Below, piece by piece: positions 63,761 through 64,000 of a stretch of DNA of 64,000 nucleotides; position 1 is the stretch's first letter; each line of letters starts with the position of its first letter. The notes under the pieces are model-generated. The model did not search any database and was not told the DNA's origin. It was given only the letters and a program-made list of their open reading frames with translations. A program made the translations under genes and the position numbers. The DNA is taken from contig CM059446.1 of the NCBI GenBank assembly GCA_030390025.1, positions 38,378,001-38,442,000 of the forward strand, in the 5' to 3' direction. This DNA comes from Squalus acanthias. Lineage: Eukaryota.

Positions 63761-64000
63761 CTGGTGGAGCAGGCAATTGGCATATTGAAACAGATTTTGC
63801 TATTTGGACAGACCAGGACCGCACTACAGACTTGAGAAAATGTCGAACGTTATCAGCCTTTGCGGTATCCTGCACAAGTTGGCAATACAGAGAGGGGAAA
63901 CCTTTCAGCGAGAAGACCATGAAGGGCCGTCTGCAGCCTTCACTGAGAAGGAGGAAGAAGAAAAGAAAGGGGCGCGTGAATTTATATAGCACGTTCCACA

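Overview
This is eukaryotic genomic DNA, almost certainly from an elasmobranch (shark or ray), judged by HE1-type V-SINE, SacSINE1/DeuSINE-type, CR1 and L2 repeats. The only supportable protein-coding gene is a complete three-exon NR2F2 (COUP-TFII) on the minus strand: CDS join 22510-22090, 21345-20818, 19445-19171; 1224 nt, 407 aa. It has a uORF-rich 5' UTR, a promoter with DR1, CArG/TATA, CCAAT and GC motifs, and a long 3' UTR with miRNA seed sites. The window splits sharply in two. Positions ~1-36 kb have no recognisable transposons and retain CpG despite being AT-rich (methylation-canyon/CNE-rich domain). Positions ~37.8-64 kb are CpG-depleted and dense in retroelements and DNA-transposon derivatives. 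The most notable observations are: an LF-SINE-like relic split by an L2 at the domain border; signs of a divergent, spliced + strand non-coding transcript (NR2F2-AS1-like); a NAGNAG acceptor in the DBD C-terminal extension; two miR-430/302-type sites; and a Harbinger element retaining a Myb/SANT exon. I found no convincing wholly new multi-gene system. Comparisons to human NR2F1/NR2F2 and to repeat consensuses are from memory and need database confirmation.
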